A DNA stretch of 50,288 bases from an uncultured Bacilli bacterium. GTDB lineage: Bacteria; Bacillota_I; Bacilli_A; RF39; UBA660. Each line of letters opens with the position of its first letter. Position 1 is the first letter of the stretch. This document shows positions 19,334 through 30,236 of this stretch, piece by piece. The notes below the pieces were generated by a model, which had not been told where the DNA came from, made no database searches, and was given only the letters and a program-made list of their open reading frames with translations. The translations under genes and the position numbers were made by a program. Where the stretch lies: the NCBI GenBank assembly GCA_904374795.1, contig CAJFEV010000009.1, forward strand, positions 1 to 50,288. The letters are read 5' to 3'.

Positions 19334-20360
19334 AAATTTACTTTTATGGTATCGTGTAAATAAACGAGATTTACCATGGCGTCATACAAAAGATTCTTAT
19401 AAAATTTGGATATCTGAGACAATGTTACAGCAAACTAGAGTTGAGACTGTGATTCCTTATTATCAAAGGTTTTTGGCTTGTTTACCTACAATTTCTTCTT
19501 TAGCAAAAATCAATGAAGACGATCTTCTTAAATTATGGGAAGGATTGGGATATTATAGTCGAGCAAGAAATTTGCAAAAAGCGGCTAAAATTTTAGATAG
19601 AGATGGCTTAGATTTTCTTCCACCTATCAAGGAAGAATTACAAGCATTGCCTGGTGTTGGACCTTATACAGTAGGAGCAATTTTATCCATTGCTTATGAT
19701 ATACCGGAACCAGCTATTGATGGCAATGTTATGAGGGTGTTGTCTAGAATTTATGAAGAAAAAGAAGATATTTTAAAACCAAAAATTCGTGAGAAATATC
19801 GATTAATTTTACAAGATTTGATGAAAAATGAAAAAGCTTCGGATTTTACTCAAAGTTTTATTGAGTTGGGAGCTTTAGTTTGTACAAGAAACCCTAGTTG
19901 TGATGTTTGTCCTTTAAAGTCTTGTTGTAAAGCTTATCAACATCAGACAGTTTCTTTATATCCTATGAAAAAAGTTAAAAAAGAAAAACCAGTATTTCAA
20001 AAAACTGCTTTTATCTTTACTTATAAAAATCTTTATATGATTCATAAAAGAGAGGATGAAGGACTTTTAGCTAATTTATATGAAATTCCTAATGTTGACT
20101 CTTTTTTTACAGTAGATGAAGCACAAGAGTATTTGCAAACCAAACATATTATTTATGAAAGTATTCAAGAAATAGGGGAAGTAAAGCATATTTTTTCTCA
20201 TCAAATTTGGATTATAAAAGTTTATTTTGTATCCTTACAAGAAAAAATTCGCCATGAACTTTTTGTTTCTTCTAAAGAAATTCAAGAAAAGTATTCATTG
20301 CCAACTGTATTTCAGAAAGTTTGGAATTTACAAAAAGAAAAAAATCAAAAGTTATTTTAA
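19314..20360 (+). CDS. mutY: A/G-specific adenine DNA glycosylase
   Basis: ETMLQQTRV, HhH-GPD LPGVGPYTVGAI, Cys cluster CTRNPSCDVCPLKSCC, C-terminal NUDIX-like domain. Confidence 0.9.
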   Translation: MKKTNIKNLLLWYRVNKRDLPWRHTKDSYKIWISETMLQQTRVETVIPYYQRFLACLPTISSLAKINEDDLLKLWEGLGYYSRARNLQKAAKILDRDGLDFLPPIKEELQALPGVGPYTVGAILSIAYDIPEPAIDGNVMRVLSRIYEEKEDILKPKIREKYRLILQDLMKNEKASDFTQSFIELGALVCTRNPSCDVCPLKSCCKAYQHQTVSLYPMKKVKKEKPVFQKTAFIFTYKNLYMIHKREDEGLLANLYEIPNVDSFFTVDEAQEYLQTKHIIYESIQEIGEVKHIFSHQIWIIKVYFVSLQEKIRHELFVSSKEIQEKYSLPTVFQKVWNLQKEKNQKLF

Positions 20361-20669
20361 TTCTTGATTTTTTTGCTCTTCTTGCAAAGTTTTGTTTGTA
20401 TTTGTAGCTTTTTTATTTTGCTGAAATTCTTGATAAGCTTGATTGATATTTTTTACTAAATCATATGTTCCACCAGCCATTAGGCCGCTCATTGCAACAG
20501 CTAAATTAAAATCTTTTGTTATAATCCATTCTACTAAAGCAAAAATTATTCCGATAGTTAAATTTTGTAATGGAATCATATAATTTTTGAACCAACTGAT
20601 TTTTTTTGAAAGAAATCCGAACAAAATTGTTACAAACATTGTAATAATTGATAATATTTCTGCTGACAT
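20352..20669 (-). CDS. Small 3-TM membrane protein (holin-like)
   Basis: 105 aa with hydrophobic segments and a charged C-terminal tail. Resemblance to phage holins is weak. Confidence 0.3.
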   Translation of the reverse strand: MSAEILSIITMFVTILFGFLSKKISWFKNYMIPLQNLTIGIIFALVEWIITKDFNLAVAMSGLMAGGTYDLVKNINQAYQEFQQNKKATNTNKTLQEEQKNQELK

Positions 20670-20771
20670 AGTATTCCTCCTTTAGTAATATATTCTTTTT
20701 TTGGAAATTTGACTGGGAATATGTCTATTTTTTTGGTATACTTAAAACAGTAGAAGAGAGAGTTGAAAGTA

Positions 20772-21924
20772 ATGAAGAAAAAGATAGTTATAGGAATTTT
20801 TTTAATTAGTTTTGTTGCTCTGGGGGGGGGGTATTCTGAGTAATCAATCCTCTCAAATTCAAACGACTGAAGGTGCTTTATTAGCTGTTTATATTGAAGA
20901 TGTATTTTCAAATACTATTCCAAATAGAACTAGTGGATATATTTTTGATAGTCAAAAAAGTAGGTGTAGTAATGATGCAACTATCACCTAGGATAATAGT
21001 AGTTGGGCACCGATAATCAATGGTATGGAAACTTTTAAAACAACTTGTGATTTATATTTTAAGGAACCTAATTTTATCAAAAACTGTGCTAATGAGACTT
21101 GTGATGATTCATATGCTGAAAAAAAGTCAAGTATAAAGACCATTATTTTTCAAAATGAATTTGCCACAGTAAATAATGCTGTAGTTTCTGTTGATTTAAG
21201 TGAAAAAGAGGATGGGAGTATTTTAGCGTATTTGATTGAGAATGTGGATGATCCTGAAATTTATACTGCCTATATTCAGAGTAACGAGACTATTTATTTA
21301 CCAGCTGATTCGGCAAATTTTTTTAATTATTTTACTGAAACTGTAAATGGTAATTATAGTAGTGAGTTAACTTCCATTGAGGGTTTGGAATATGTTGATA
21401 CGAGTCAAGTTACGAATATGCATAGAATGTTTTATGATTTAAGGTATTTAAGCCGTTTAAATTTAAGTCATTTTGATACATCAAATGTAACCAATATGTC
21501 TTATATGTTTGCTAATGATGCTGCAGTTGTTAACGCTCCTGTTTTATTGGAACTTGATTTATCTAGTTTTGATACATCTAAAGTTACAAGCATGTCAAAT
21601 ATGTTTTCTGGTCAAAGAAATATTGTTCGTTTAGATGTTTCGTCTTTTGATACTTCGCAAGTAACTAATATCGGATATATGTTTTATGGTTTGGACGTTG
21701 AAAAACTCGATTTGTCACATTTTGACACATCTAACGTGACAAATATGGGAGGAATGTTTCGTGATACTTCTATACAAGAGCTTAATTTAAGTTCTTTTGA
21801 TACTACAAAAGTTACATATTTTCATCAATTTTTTCAGGGTTCAAATGCTTTAACAAATGTTATTTATGGAGAAAAGTTTGTATATAGAAATGACGCGAAT
21901 GTTTCTTGGAAAGGAATTGTGTAA
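20772..21924 (+). pseudogene. BspA/DUF285-type leucine-rich-repeat surface protein, interrupted by a G10 frameshift and an in-frame TAG
   Basis: Signal peptide MKKKIVIGIFLISFVAL runs into G10 (20822-20831) and stops at TAA 20841. Frame 1 continues from 20830, has TAG at 20989-20991, then joins ORF 21025..21924, which holds five repeats of L(D/N)LSxFDTSxVTxMxxMF. Confidence 0.6.
20822..20831 (+). repeat. Homopolymeric G10 tract (candidate slipped-strand contingency site)
   Basis: Ten consecutive G in an AT-rich genome, immediately after the signal peptide of the BspA-like gene. Confidence 0.8.
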
Positions 21925-21980
21925 AAATCCTTTTCATTTTTTTTGCGCATTGATATAATAGATTTAGACGGTGATGTTTT

Positions 21981-24311
21981 ATGAAGGAGAAAATAACTGG
22001 GTTAAGTGAAAAACAGGTGCAAAATAGAGTTTTAAAAGGACAAGTAAATAAAGTAGATGATGATAAAACTAGAACGAATTGGGAAATTGTACGGGATAAT
22101 GTTTTTACTTTATTTAATCTTTTTAATGTTTTGATAGCTATTGCTTTATTTTATGTTGGAGCTTATTCTAATTTATTTTATATGGCAATTATTATTTTGA
22201 ATTGTGCTATTGGAATTTATCAAGAAATTCATGCTCGAAATTTAGTAAGAAAGTTGAGTGTTTTAAAGGAGAGTAAGGTTAAAGTTATACGAGATGGTGA
22301 AGAAAAGGAAATTAAAATGGATGAACTTGTTTTAGATGATGTGATGTTGTTAGAAATCGGTTCTCAAATTGTCTCGGATTCAGTAATGCTTGCTGGTGAA
22401 ATTGAAGTAAATGAATCTTTACTTACTGGAGAGTCGGATTCTATTTTGAAAATGAAAGATGATTCTTTATTGTCTGGTAGTTACGTGGTTAGTGGAAAAG
22501 GATATGCTAGAGTTGTTAAGGTTGGCAATGATAATTTTGCTTCGCATATTACAAGTGAGACGAAAAAATATAAAAGAGCGGAATCTGAACTGGTAAATTC
22601 AATGAAGAAGGTTACTCGGGCGACAAGCTTTGCAATTATTCCGATCGGTGTTTTGCTTTTTATTGAAGCTTATTTTTTAAGAAACGCTGGTGAATTTGAT
22701 TCTGTAGTTACTACAGCTGCTGCTTTATTAGGAATGCTTCCTAAGGGACTCATGCTTTTAATTACCATTTCTTTAGCTACAGGAGTTATTAAACTTGCTA
22801 AGAAAAAAGTTTTAGTACAGGATTTATATAGTGTGGAAACACTTGCCCATGTCGATACTTTATGTTTAGATAAAACGGGAACGATTACTGAGGGAAGAAT
22901 GCGTGTTAGTGATTATTGGGTTGTCAATGAAAAAGTTTTATCGAAACCAATTAATAAAGTTATGTGTGCGTTTGTAAATAGTATGGAAGGAGCAAATGCT
23001 ACTTTTGATGCGATTAAAGATTATTTTAAAGGAAATGAACAATATGAGGTCACAAACCGAGTTGCTTTTTCTTCTGAAAGAAAATGGAGTAGTATAACTT
23101 TTAAAGAAATTGGTTCTATTGTTATTGGAGCACCAGAAAGACTTATTGAACGAAGTGATATGAAATTGCCTAAACAAGTACTTGATTTGCAAAAAGAAGG
23201 AAAAAGAGTTTTAGGTATTGCTCATTCTAAAGAAGCTATTGAAGAAGATGGGTTAAAGGATTTAAAGATGATTGGTTTTATTGAGTTAGACGATCCATTA
23301 CGGAAAAATGCTAAAGAGATGTTGGGCTTTTTTAAAAAGCAACAAGTTGATATTAAAATTATTTCGGGTGATAATCCTTTAACTGTATCTAGTATTGCTA
23401 AAAAAGCTGGTTTAGAAGATTATAATTCGTATATCGATTTATCTACAGTTACAAATGATGAGGATATTGCATCGATTGTTAATGATTACAGTATTTTTGC
23501 GCGTGTTTTGCCTCATCAAAAGAAACTTATTGTTGAAGCTTTACAAAGTCAAGGTAGAACAGTTGCTATGACTGGGGATGGTGTAAATGATGTGATTGCT
23601 TTAAAACAAGCGGATTGTAGTATTACCTTACCAGAAGCAAGTGACGTGGCTAGACAAGTTTCTCAGATTGTTTTATTAAATTCGGATTTTAGTGTACTTA
23701 AAGATGTTTTAATGGAAGGAAGAAGAGTTGTTAATAATATTACAAATGTGGCTAGAATTTTCTTTATTAAAACGATTTATTCTGTACTGTTATCTATCTT
23801 TAATATCATTACGAATACACCTTTTCCATTTATTCCAATTCAGATTACTTTGATAGATTTAGCTATTGAAGGATACACATCATTTTTCTTATCCTTTAAG
23901 CAAAATGATAAACCTATTGAAGGTAGTTTTTTGAAAACAGTTTTCAAAAATGCTTCACCGTATGCTTTAACAATTATCCTTTGTTTAGTGGTTCTAACTT
24001 TTATGAGAGCTGGACTAAATATAAGTGAAGACATGATGCTTACCATTGAATATTTAACGATTGGTGGGGTAAGTGTATTTGCTGTTATTGAGTCATGCAG
24101 ACCCTTTAATCGTTTAAGTACTTTTCTTTGTACAACTACGGCTCTAGGCTATTTTATGGCAACGTATTTGTTTCAAGGATTTCTTCATTTAACGCCACTT
24201 GATTCTGATGGTTTAGCGGTTTTAGTTTGTACTTTATTTGTTGCTTATATTGTAGTAGTTGGTTTGAAGCTAATTATCGATAATGTTATAAAAGAAATGA
24301 AAAAAATTTAG
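21981..24311 (+). CDS. P-type (HAD) cation-transporting ATPase
   Basis: TGES actuator motif, phosphorylation site CLDKTGTITEG, hinge MTGDGVNDVIALKQAD, about 8-10 TM helices. Confidence 0.9.
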   Translation: MKEKITGLSEKQVQNRVLKGQVNKVDDDKTRTNWEIVRDNVFTLFNLFNVLIAIALFYVGAYSNLFYMAIIILNCAIGIYQEIHARNLVRKLSVLKESKVKVIRDGEEKEIKMDELVLDDVMLLEIGSQIVSDSVMLAGEIEVNESLLTGESDSILKMKDDSLLSGSYVVSGKGYARVVKVGNDNFASHITSETKKYKRAESELVNSMKKVTRATSFAIIPIGVLLFIEAYFLRNAGEFDSVVTTAAALLGMLPKGLMLLITISLATGVIKLAKKKVLVQDLYSVETLAHVDTLCLDKTGTITEGRMRVSDYWVVNEKVLSKPINKVMCAFVNSMEGANATFDAIKDYFKGNEQYEVTNRVAFSSERKWSSITFKEIGSIVIGAPERLIERSDMKLPKQVLDLQKEGKRVLGIAHSKEAIEEDGLKDLKMIGFIELDDPLRKNAKEMLGFFKKQQVDIKIISGDNPLTVSSIAKKAGLEDYNSYIDLSTVTNDEDIASIVNDYSIFARVLPHQKKLIVEALQSQGRTVAMTGDGVNDVIALKQADCSITLPEASDVARQVSQIVLLNSDFSVLKDVLMEGRRVVNNITNVARIFFIKTIYSVLLSIFNIITNTPFPFIPIQITLIDLAIEGYTSFFLSFKQNDKPIEGSFLKTVFKNASPYALTIILCLVVLTFMRAGLNISEDMMLTIEYLTIGGVSVFAVIESCRPFNRLSTFLCTTTALGYFMATYLFQGFLHLTPLDSDGLAVLVCTLFVAYIVVVGLKLIIDNVIKEMKKI

Positions 24312-24484
24312 TTTTATATTTATTCGTGTAAATTAAAAAAATAACAACAATTTTGTTGCTATTTTTTTGTTTTATAAAAGAATTTTAAAAACTTTGACAA
24401 CTATTTAAAAATAAAATAACCGATGAAGATTTGTGTGATTTTTAATTTTTAGGTTATTATAATTTTGAAATTAAACATATTTTA

Positions 24485-24524
24485 TTGACAAGTGTTATAT
24501 GCTGTTATATACTCTATATAACAG
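24485..24524 (+). promoter_or_regulatory. Promoter TTGACA-N17-TATACT overlapped by a perfect 10-bp inverted repeat (likely GntR/YtrA operator)
   Basis: TTGACA 24485-24490, TATACT 24508-24513. CTGTTATATA (24502-24511) / TATATAACAG (24515-24524). Confidence 0.6.
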
Positions 24525-24537
24525 TTTGGAGGGATTC

Positions 24538-24912
24538 ATGAAAATTTTACTTAGCAATTGTAGTTCTGTGCCAATTTATGAACAAATAAAAAAATGGATT
24601 ATTGAACAAATAATGAATAATGAACTACAAGAAGATGAGTTATTGCCGAGTATTCGAAGTTTAGCTTTAGATCTTCATATTAGTGTAATGACGGTTAAAA
24701 AAGCTTATGATGAATTGGAAAGTGAGGGTTACATTATTACACGTCATGGAAAAGGAAGTTTTGTTGCGCCAAGAAATAGGGAATTGATGCGTGAAGAAAA
24801 ATTAAAAGAAATGGAGAGTTTTTTAGAAAAAGCTTTGAATATTGCGAAAAGTCTTCATGTGTCTTTAGATGAAGTAAAGGAAATTTTAGAATATTTAGAT
24901 GGGAGAGAATAA
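24538..24912 (+). CDS. GntR-family (YtrA-subfamily) transcriptional regulator
   Basis: PIYEQIKKWIIEQI...LPSIRSLALDLHISVMTVKKAYDELESEGYI winged-HTH with a short C-terminal helical tail. ATG 24538 with GGAGGG RBS. Confidence 0.85.
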   Translation: MKILLSNCSSVPIYEQIKKWIIEQIMNNELQEDELLPSIRSLALDLHISVMTVKKAYDELESEGYIITRHGKGSFVAPRNRELMREEKLKEMESFLEKALNIAKSLHVSLDEVKEILEYLDGRE

Positions 24913-25772
24913 TGATGAAAAATATACTTGAAGTAAAGAATTTGCAAAAAGGCTATTCTGATTTTGTTTTAGGTCCAATTTCCACTTGTTTTCCAGGTGG
25001 AGTAATTATTGGTCTTATTGGGGAGAATGGGGCTGGCAAAACGACCTTTATAAAATCTTTATTAGGAATTATTCAAAGTGAAGGAAGCATTCAAATATTT
25101 GGTCGGGATATGAAGGAAGAAGCTCGTGAAATAAAAGAAGATATTGGTGTGGTTTTAGATAATTCCTTTTTTCCAGAGGTGATGACTGCAAATGATATTC
25201 ATAAAATTATGAAAAATCTGTATAAAAATTGGGATCCAGGATTGTTCTTTTCTTATTTAGGAAAATTTTCTTTACCTAGAAATAAAGCTATTAAAACTTT
25301 CTCTAAGGGAATGCGTAAGAAATTGGAGATTGTTACTTCTTTGGCACATCATCCTAAATTTTTGCTTTTAGATGAACCAACTAGTGGACTTGACCCGATT
25401 GTACGAAAAGAAGTGCTTGATTTGTTTTTAGATTTTATTCAAGATGAAGAACATACCCTTTTACTTTCTACTCATATAACTTCCGATTTAGAACATATTG
25501 CTGATTATATTTTATTTTTAGATAAAGGACATATTGTTTTGGAAGAAACTCGTGATGATATTATGGATAACTATGGAATTTTGAAATGTGGAATTACAGA
25601 ATTTTCTTCTATAGCAAAAGAGGATGTTATTCGTTTTTTAAAAAATAAATATGGATATGAAATATTGGTAAAAAATCCAGAACTTCTTAAAAAGAAATAT
25701 CCTAAGATGATTATGGATAAAATCACTTTAGAGGAGTTAATGGTTTTACTTGTGAAAGGAAGTGTTTTATGA
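24912..25772 (+). CDS. ABC transporter ATP-binding protein
   Basis: Walker A GENGAGKTT, signature FSKGMRKKL, Walker B LLLDEPTSGLD. Start overlaps the gntR stop. Confidence 0.9.
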   Translation: MMKNILEVKNLQKGYSDFVLGPISTCFPGGVIIGLIGENGAGKTTFIKSLLGIIQSEGSIQIFGRDMKEEAREIKEDIGVVLDNSFFPEVMTANDIHKIMKNLYKNWDPGLFFSYLGKFSLPRNKAIKTFSKGMRKKLEIVTSLAHHPKFLLLDEPTSGLDPIVRKEVLDLFLDFIQDEEHTLLLSTHITSDLEHIADYILFLDKGHIVLEETRDDIMDNYGILKCGITEFSSIAKEDVIRFLKNKYGYEILVKNPELLKKKYPKMIMDKITLEELMVLLVKGSVL

Positions 25773-26398
25773 AAGGGCTTATTTTAAAAGATTTTTTACT
25801 TATTAAGGGAAATGCAAGAACCATTTTGATATTTTTACTTGTGTTTGGTTTGATAGCTTTAGAAGGAAATGATTTTTTGTATTTTGTACCTGCTTTTATT
25901 AGTATGATGATGTTTATGACGACTTTTAGTTATGATGAATATAATAAATGGGATGCTTACGCGATTAGTTTGCCTGTAAAAAAGCAAGAGCTTGTATTGT
26001 CTAAATATATTGGAAGTATTTTACTTTTGGTAGTTGCTTTACTAGGAACTTTTTTGATTGCCTTTTTCGTTGGTTTAGTAAATCAAGATTTTGATATTCA
26101 AAAAGCCCTTTCTTTATTACTTGGATGTGGGGCATCTATCTTACTTCTTCAAGCTTTTATGTATCCTTTGCTTATTAAATTTGGCGTGGAAAAAGGACGA
26201 ATTGGCTTATTTGTAGGGATTTTTTTACTAAGCTTTTTAGCAGGATTTTTGATGAAAAATATTTCTCTTACTATACCTGAAAATCTTACTCATTTTTTAC
26301 AACTTTATTTACCTTGGATTTTACTTATTCTTGTATTTCTTGTTACTCTTATTTCTTATCAGATAAGCAAAAGAATTTATGCAAAGAAAGAATTTTAA
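25769..26398 (+). CDS. ABC-2-type transporter membrane protein
   Basis: 209 aa, about 6 TM helices, 4-nt overlap with the upstream ATPase gene. Confidence 0.6.
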   Translation: MKGLILKDFLLIKGNARTILIFLLVFGLIALEGNDFLYFVPAFISMMMFMTTFSYDEYNKWDAYAISLPVKKQELVLSKYIGSILLLVVALLGTFLIAFFVGLVNQDFDIQKALSLLLGCGASILLLQAFMYPLLIKFGVEKGRIGLFVGIFLLSFLAGFLMKNISLTIPENLTHFLQLYLPWILLILVFLVTLISYQISKRIYAKKEF

Positions 26399-26463
26399 AT
26401 CATCTTTCTTTTTTTATTGCTTTCTGTTCTTTTTTTTGCTATTTTTATCATAGGTGAAGAGTT

Positions 26464-27036
26464 TTGAAAAAATCGTTGTTGATTGGTTGTTGTTTTCTTT
26501 TTCTTGTTTTGTATTTCTTTTGGAAAGAACTTTTTTTTGGAGAATTGTTTTATGTTTGGTTTTTGGTGTTGCTTTTAGAAACGCTTCTTCTTTTAAAGAA
26601 AAAATATAAATGGACTTTTCTTTTTTTACTTTTTGTTATTCCTATTACATTAGTGATTAGTTATTTTTTCGGAATTTATTATTTTTGGGCTGAAGTTTTT
26701 GGAGCTTTATTTGTTTTTAGTGTATTTTTCCTTTATATGATTTGTTTGAATTTTAAAGAAATGAGCCGAAATGTAAAAATTAAAGGAATTTTAGGAATGA
26801 TTTTGTTTTTCTTTCTTATGCTTGCTTTTGTGGATTTTAATAGAATATCTTCTTTAGAAAAACCTATTTTTATGATTTACATAAATGATACTTATTATGG
26901 AGTAGGGTATAAGGGGAGTTATCAAAGAATTTCTTATGAAAATAAAAAAACAGGTTTAGGTGGTCATGAATGTTATATAGTGGAATTTGGCTTTTGGTTT
27001 TATCCTTGGATATTTAAGTCGTGCTATATTAATTAA
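26464..27036 (+). CDS. Hypothetical membrane protein
   Basis: TTG start with GGTGAAGAG RBS. Four or five TM helices followed by a short soluble C-terminus. Confidence 0.45.
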   Translation: MKKSLLIGCCFLFLVLYFFWKELFFGELFYVWFLVLLLETLLLLKKKYKWTFLFLLFVIPITLVISYFFGIYYFWAEVFGALFVFSVFFLYMICLNFKEMSRNVKIKGILGMILFFFLMLAFVDFNRISSLEKPIFMIYINDTYYGVGYKGSYQRISYENKKTGLGGHECYIVEFGFWFYPWIFKSCYIN

Positions 27037-27092
27037 AGCGCTTGTGTTTTTATAAAGAATCTTTTACAATATTTGTAAGAATAGGTGAGTAT

Positions 27093-29510
27093 ATGTTGGA
27101 GTTAAGGAATGTTTCAAAAATTTATCGATCTAAAAAAGGACCGGATACCATTGCTTTAAAAAATGTTCATTTACAGTTTGCTTCAAAAGGAATGATTTTT
27201 ATATTAGGGAAAAGTGGTTGTGGAAAGTCCACTCTTTTAAATATTCTTGGAGGATTAGATATTCCGAGTAGTGGAGAAATCTTTTTTTATCAAAAGAATG
27301 TCACAAAATTTTCAAATCAGGAATATGATGAATATCGAAATTCAGCAATTGGGTTTGTTTTTCAAGATTTTAATCTTTTAGAAGAGTATAATGTTTTTGA
27401 AAATGTAAGTTTGACTTTAGAATTACAAGGGAAAAAGGATTCAAATAGAGTTTATTCACTTTTAAAGAAATTGTCGATTGATGATTTAGCACTTCGAAAA
27501 ATTAATGAACTTTCTGGTGGACAAAAACAACGAGTGGCAATTGCAAGAGCTTTGGTTAAGGAACCGGAGATTATTTTGGCAGATGAACCAACAGGAAATT
27601 TAGATTATGCTTCTAGTCAGCAAATTTTTGAAATTTTAAAAGAAATAAGTCAAGAGAAATTGGTGATTGTTGTTTCTCATGATGAAGAATCTGCTAAACG
27701 TTATGGAGAACGTATTATTAAACTTGTTGATGGTGAGGTAGTAGAAGACTCTAATCCAAACATTCAGATAGAGAATAAAAAACTTTCTTTTGAAAGCTCT
27801 AAACTCCCTTTTGTTTTTGCTATAAAAATGGCTTTACGAAATTTACAAGTAAAACCATTTAAGCTTTTTTTAACTATTTTTATTATGGCTCTTTCTTTAT
27901 TGTTTTTAGGCGTTTCTATGAATTTGTTTTTATTTAATGATGATGCTTTTGTTTTAAAGGCTTTAACTGATAATAAGCAATCTGTATTAGATATTTATAA
28001 GTATGAGGGAGAATCTAGTGTTGATTTAACAGATACTGATTTAAAAAATTTAGAAACACTTAGTGAGGTAGCTTTAAATCCAGCTTATACGCTTTCTTTA
28101 GGTACACATAGTTTATCTTTTTCTTTTGAAGAAACTTATGGGGTTAAAGATGATTTTTATCCTATAACTCCTAGTGGAAAATACTTTATTGAAATTGAGG
28201 ATGATGCATTGTTTTCAAATCTTTTAGGGCATATTTCTTCAAATAATGATGAAATCGTTATTCACCGTTATACGGCTGATTATATTTTAAAGTATGGAAT
28301 TAAGGATACAAATGGAGAAATCTATCGACCTAAAAATTATGAAGAATTGATAGGAGATAACCATTCTATTAAGCTTGGTAATACAAATATTTTTATTGTT
28401 GGAATTGTTCTTGATGACATTTCTTTGTATGAAAAATATCTTTTATCTGGACATTTTCCAAGTGAAAATTTAGAAAGTTTTTATTATACAAATTATGCTT
28501 CTAAAGGGAATGTTGTTTATGTTAAGGATATTGAGTATTTTAAAAATCTTTTTTATAGTGAAGAAAATGTTGCAAATTCTCTTAGTTTGCAAGTAGGTGA
28601 TACTTTTAGTCAAGATATCGATGTATTTTCTTCTTCTCAAATCATTACTTTAAATGGTCTAGAAGAAATTTCTTCTTTGCATAAAGATGAAGTTGTGTTA
28701 TCTGTAGATTTTTTAAGAGAGATTGATTCGGGTTTTAATGAAAATTATAAAAACCTTCAAGATGATTTACCTTCGCTTATAGAATATATTCAAAACTATT
28801 TGGTTGATGGTTTTTCTTTACCACTTATTTTACGTAGACCGTTTAGTGAAAATTCTTTATTTATTGTACAAGTAAAAGGGATAACTTTTGATTCGGTTAA
28901 TTATGTTAGTGACTCGGTTGCTTTAGAAGCTCGTGAAAATATTCATACGCCTTCTTTTGTACGAATTGTAGAAGAAAGTCCAAGTAAACTTAAACAGCTT
29001 TTTGAAAATACGGAATTTGTTATTTCTAATTCTTATCCATCTGCTTATTACTTGGTAGATACATCATTTGATATGGTTCCATCCGTAATTCATTTGTATT
29101 ATTTTTTGCGTTATTTTCTTTTGTGTTTAGCTTTGTTATTTGTTGTTTTTACTATTCTTTTATTTGGAAATTATTTGACGACTTCTATTTCTTCTGCCAA
29201 AAAGGAAATTGGTATTTTAAGGGCTTTGGGAACTAGTGAAAAAGATGTGATTAAAATTTTTCTTTATGAAACAGGTATAATTAGTTTTCTATCTTATCTT
29301 TTGTTTGTTGTTTTCTATTTTCTAGTATCCTTTTTTATAAATCATTCGGTAAATCAATATTTGTATTATTCTATTCAAGTTTTTTTAGAAAATCCTTTGG
29401 TGCTTATCCTTGTTCTTTTATTTACTTTAGCTCTTCTTTTTATGCTTACAAGTTTATCTTTGAAAAAAATTACACGTATTAAACCAATTGATGCGATTTT
29501 AGATAAATAG
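27093..29510 (+). CDS. MacB-like fused ABC transporter (ATPase plus FtsX-type permease)
   Basis: Walker [29 protein letters not shown]. Large extracytoplasmic domain and C-terminal FtsX-like TM bundle. ATG 27093 ([11 protein letters not shown]) preferred over the track start at 27042. Confidence 0.85.
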   Translation: MLELRNVSKIYRSKKGPDTIALKNVHLQFASKGMIFILGKSGCGKSTLLNILGGLDIPSSGEIFFYQKNVTKFSNQEYDEYRNSAIGFVFQDFNLLEEYNVFENVSLTLELQGKKDSNRVYSLLKKLSIDDLALRKINELSGGQKQRVAIARALVKEPEIILADEPTGNLDYASSQQIFEILKEISQEKLVIVVSHDEESAKRYGERIIKLVDGEVVEDSNPNIQIENKKLSFESSKLPFVFAIKMALRNLQVKPFKLFLTIFIMALSLLFLGVSMNLFLFNDDAFVLKALTDNKQSVLDIYKYEGESSVDLTDTDLKNLETLSEVALNPAYTLSLGTHSLSFSFEETYGVKDDFYPITPSGKYFIEIEDDALFSNLLGHISSNNDEIVIHRYTADYILKYGIKDTNGEIYRPKNYEELIGDNHSIKLGNTNIFIVGIVLDDISLYEKYLLSGHFPSENLESFYYTNYASKGNVVYVKDIEYFKNLFYSEENVANSLSLQVGDTFSQDIDVFSSSQIITLNGLEEISSLHKDEVVLSVDFLREIDSGFNENYKNLQDDLPSLIEYIQNYLVDGFSLPLILRRPFSENSLFIVQVKGITFDSVNYVSDSVALEARENIHTPSFVRIVEESPSKLKQLFENTEFVISNSYPSAYYLVDTSFDMVPSVIHLYYFLRYFLLCLALLFVVFTILLFGNYLTTSISSAKKEIGILRALGTSEKDVIKIFLYETGIISFLSYLLFVVFYFLVSFFINHSVNQYLYYSIQVFLENPLVLILVLLFTLALLFMLTSLSLKKITRIKPIDAILDK

Positions 29511-29536
29511 TGTTAAAATAAATTCAGGTGTTTTCT

Positions 29537-30190
29537 ATGAAATTAGATGAATTGATTCCGATTTATGATAAAATGCAAAAAAAATATGGAGCGAGAGAAC
29601 TTGATTCTATTTATAATGGAGGCTGTATAGATAAACCTCTTCTTTTCTTTGTCTTTATGAATCCAACCGGAAGAAATATTGCTTCTTCTAAAGATTGGAA
29701 AGGACCTAAGTTTCCTTGGATTGGAACAAAAAATGTTTGGGAGATATTTTATCGATTAAATTTGCTCGATATAGATATTTATGAGAAAATAAGAAGTATT
29801 AAAGGAAAAGAATGGACGGTTTCTTTTGCTTATGAGGTTTATGAAAATGTTTGTAAACATCAATATTTTTTGACAAATTTAGGTAAGTGTACTCAAGTAG
29901 ATGCTAGAGAACTTCCTGATGAAGTTTTGAAAAAATATTTGTTTTTGTTAAAAAAAGAAATAGCTATTGTAAAGCCTAAGGTAATTATTTTATTTGGAAA
30001 TCAAGTGAGTAGTATTGTTTTAGGAAAAAAAATTTCTGTTTCTCAAGTAAGAAGACAGAAATTTGTTAAAAGAATATTTGGAGAAGATTATACTTTTTAT
30101 GCAGTATATTATCCGGTTGGAAACGGAAGATTTAATTTAGATAAAGCAATTGATGATATCAATTGGATTATGAACCAGGAATTTGTTTAA
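29537..30190 (+). CDS. Uracil-DNA glycosylase superfamily protein
   Basis: FVFMNPTGRN (compare the GxNPG motif of MUG/SMUG-type UDGs) and IILFGNQV. Family assignment uncertain. Confidence 0.45.
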   Translation: MKLDELIPIYDKMQKKYGARELDSIYNGGCIDKPLLFFVFMNPTGRNIASSKDWKGPKFPWIGTKNVWEIFYRLNLLDIDIYEKIRSIKGKEWTVSFAYEVYENVCKHQYFLTNLGKCTQVDARELPDEVLKKYLFLLKKEIAIVKPKVIILFGNQVSSIVLGKKISVSQVRRQKFVKRIFGEDYTFYAVYYPVGNGRFNLDKAIDDINWIMNQEFV

Positions 30191-30236
30191 ATAGGTTTTT
30201 ATGATATAATATGGATGATAATAAGGATGGTAGTGC

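Noticed and set aside
20630-20911. 93-aa minus-strand ORF across the G10 tract
   Set aside because: It reads the poly-G as PPP on the antisense strand of the BspA-like gene leader, overlaps the start of the holin-like gene, and has no RBS.
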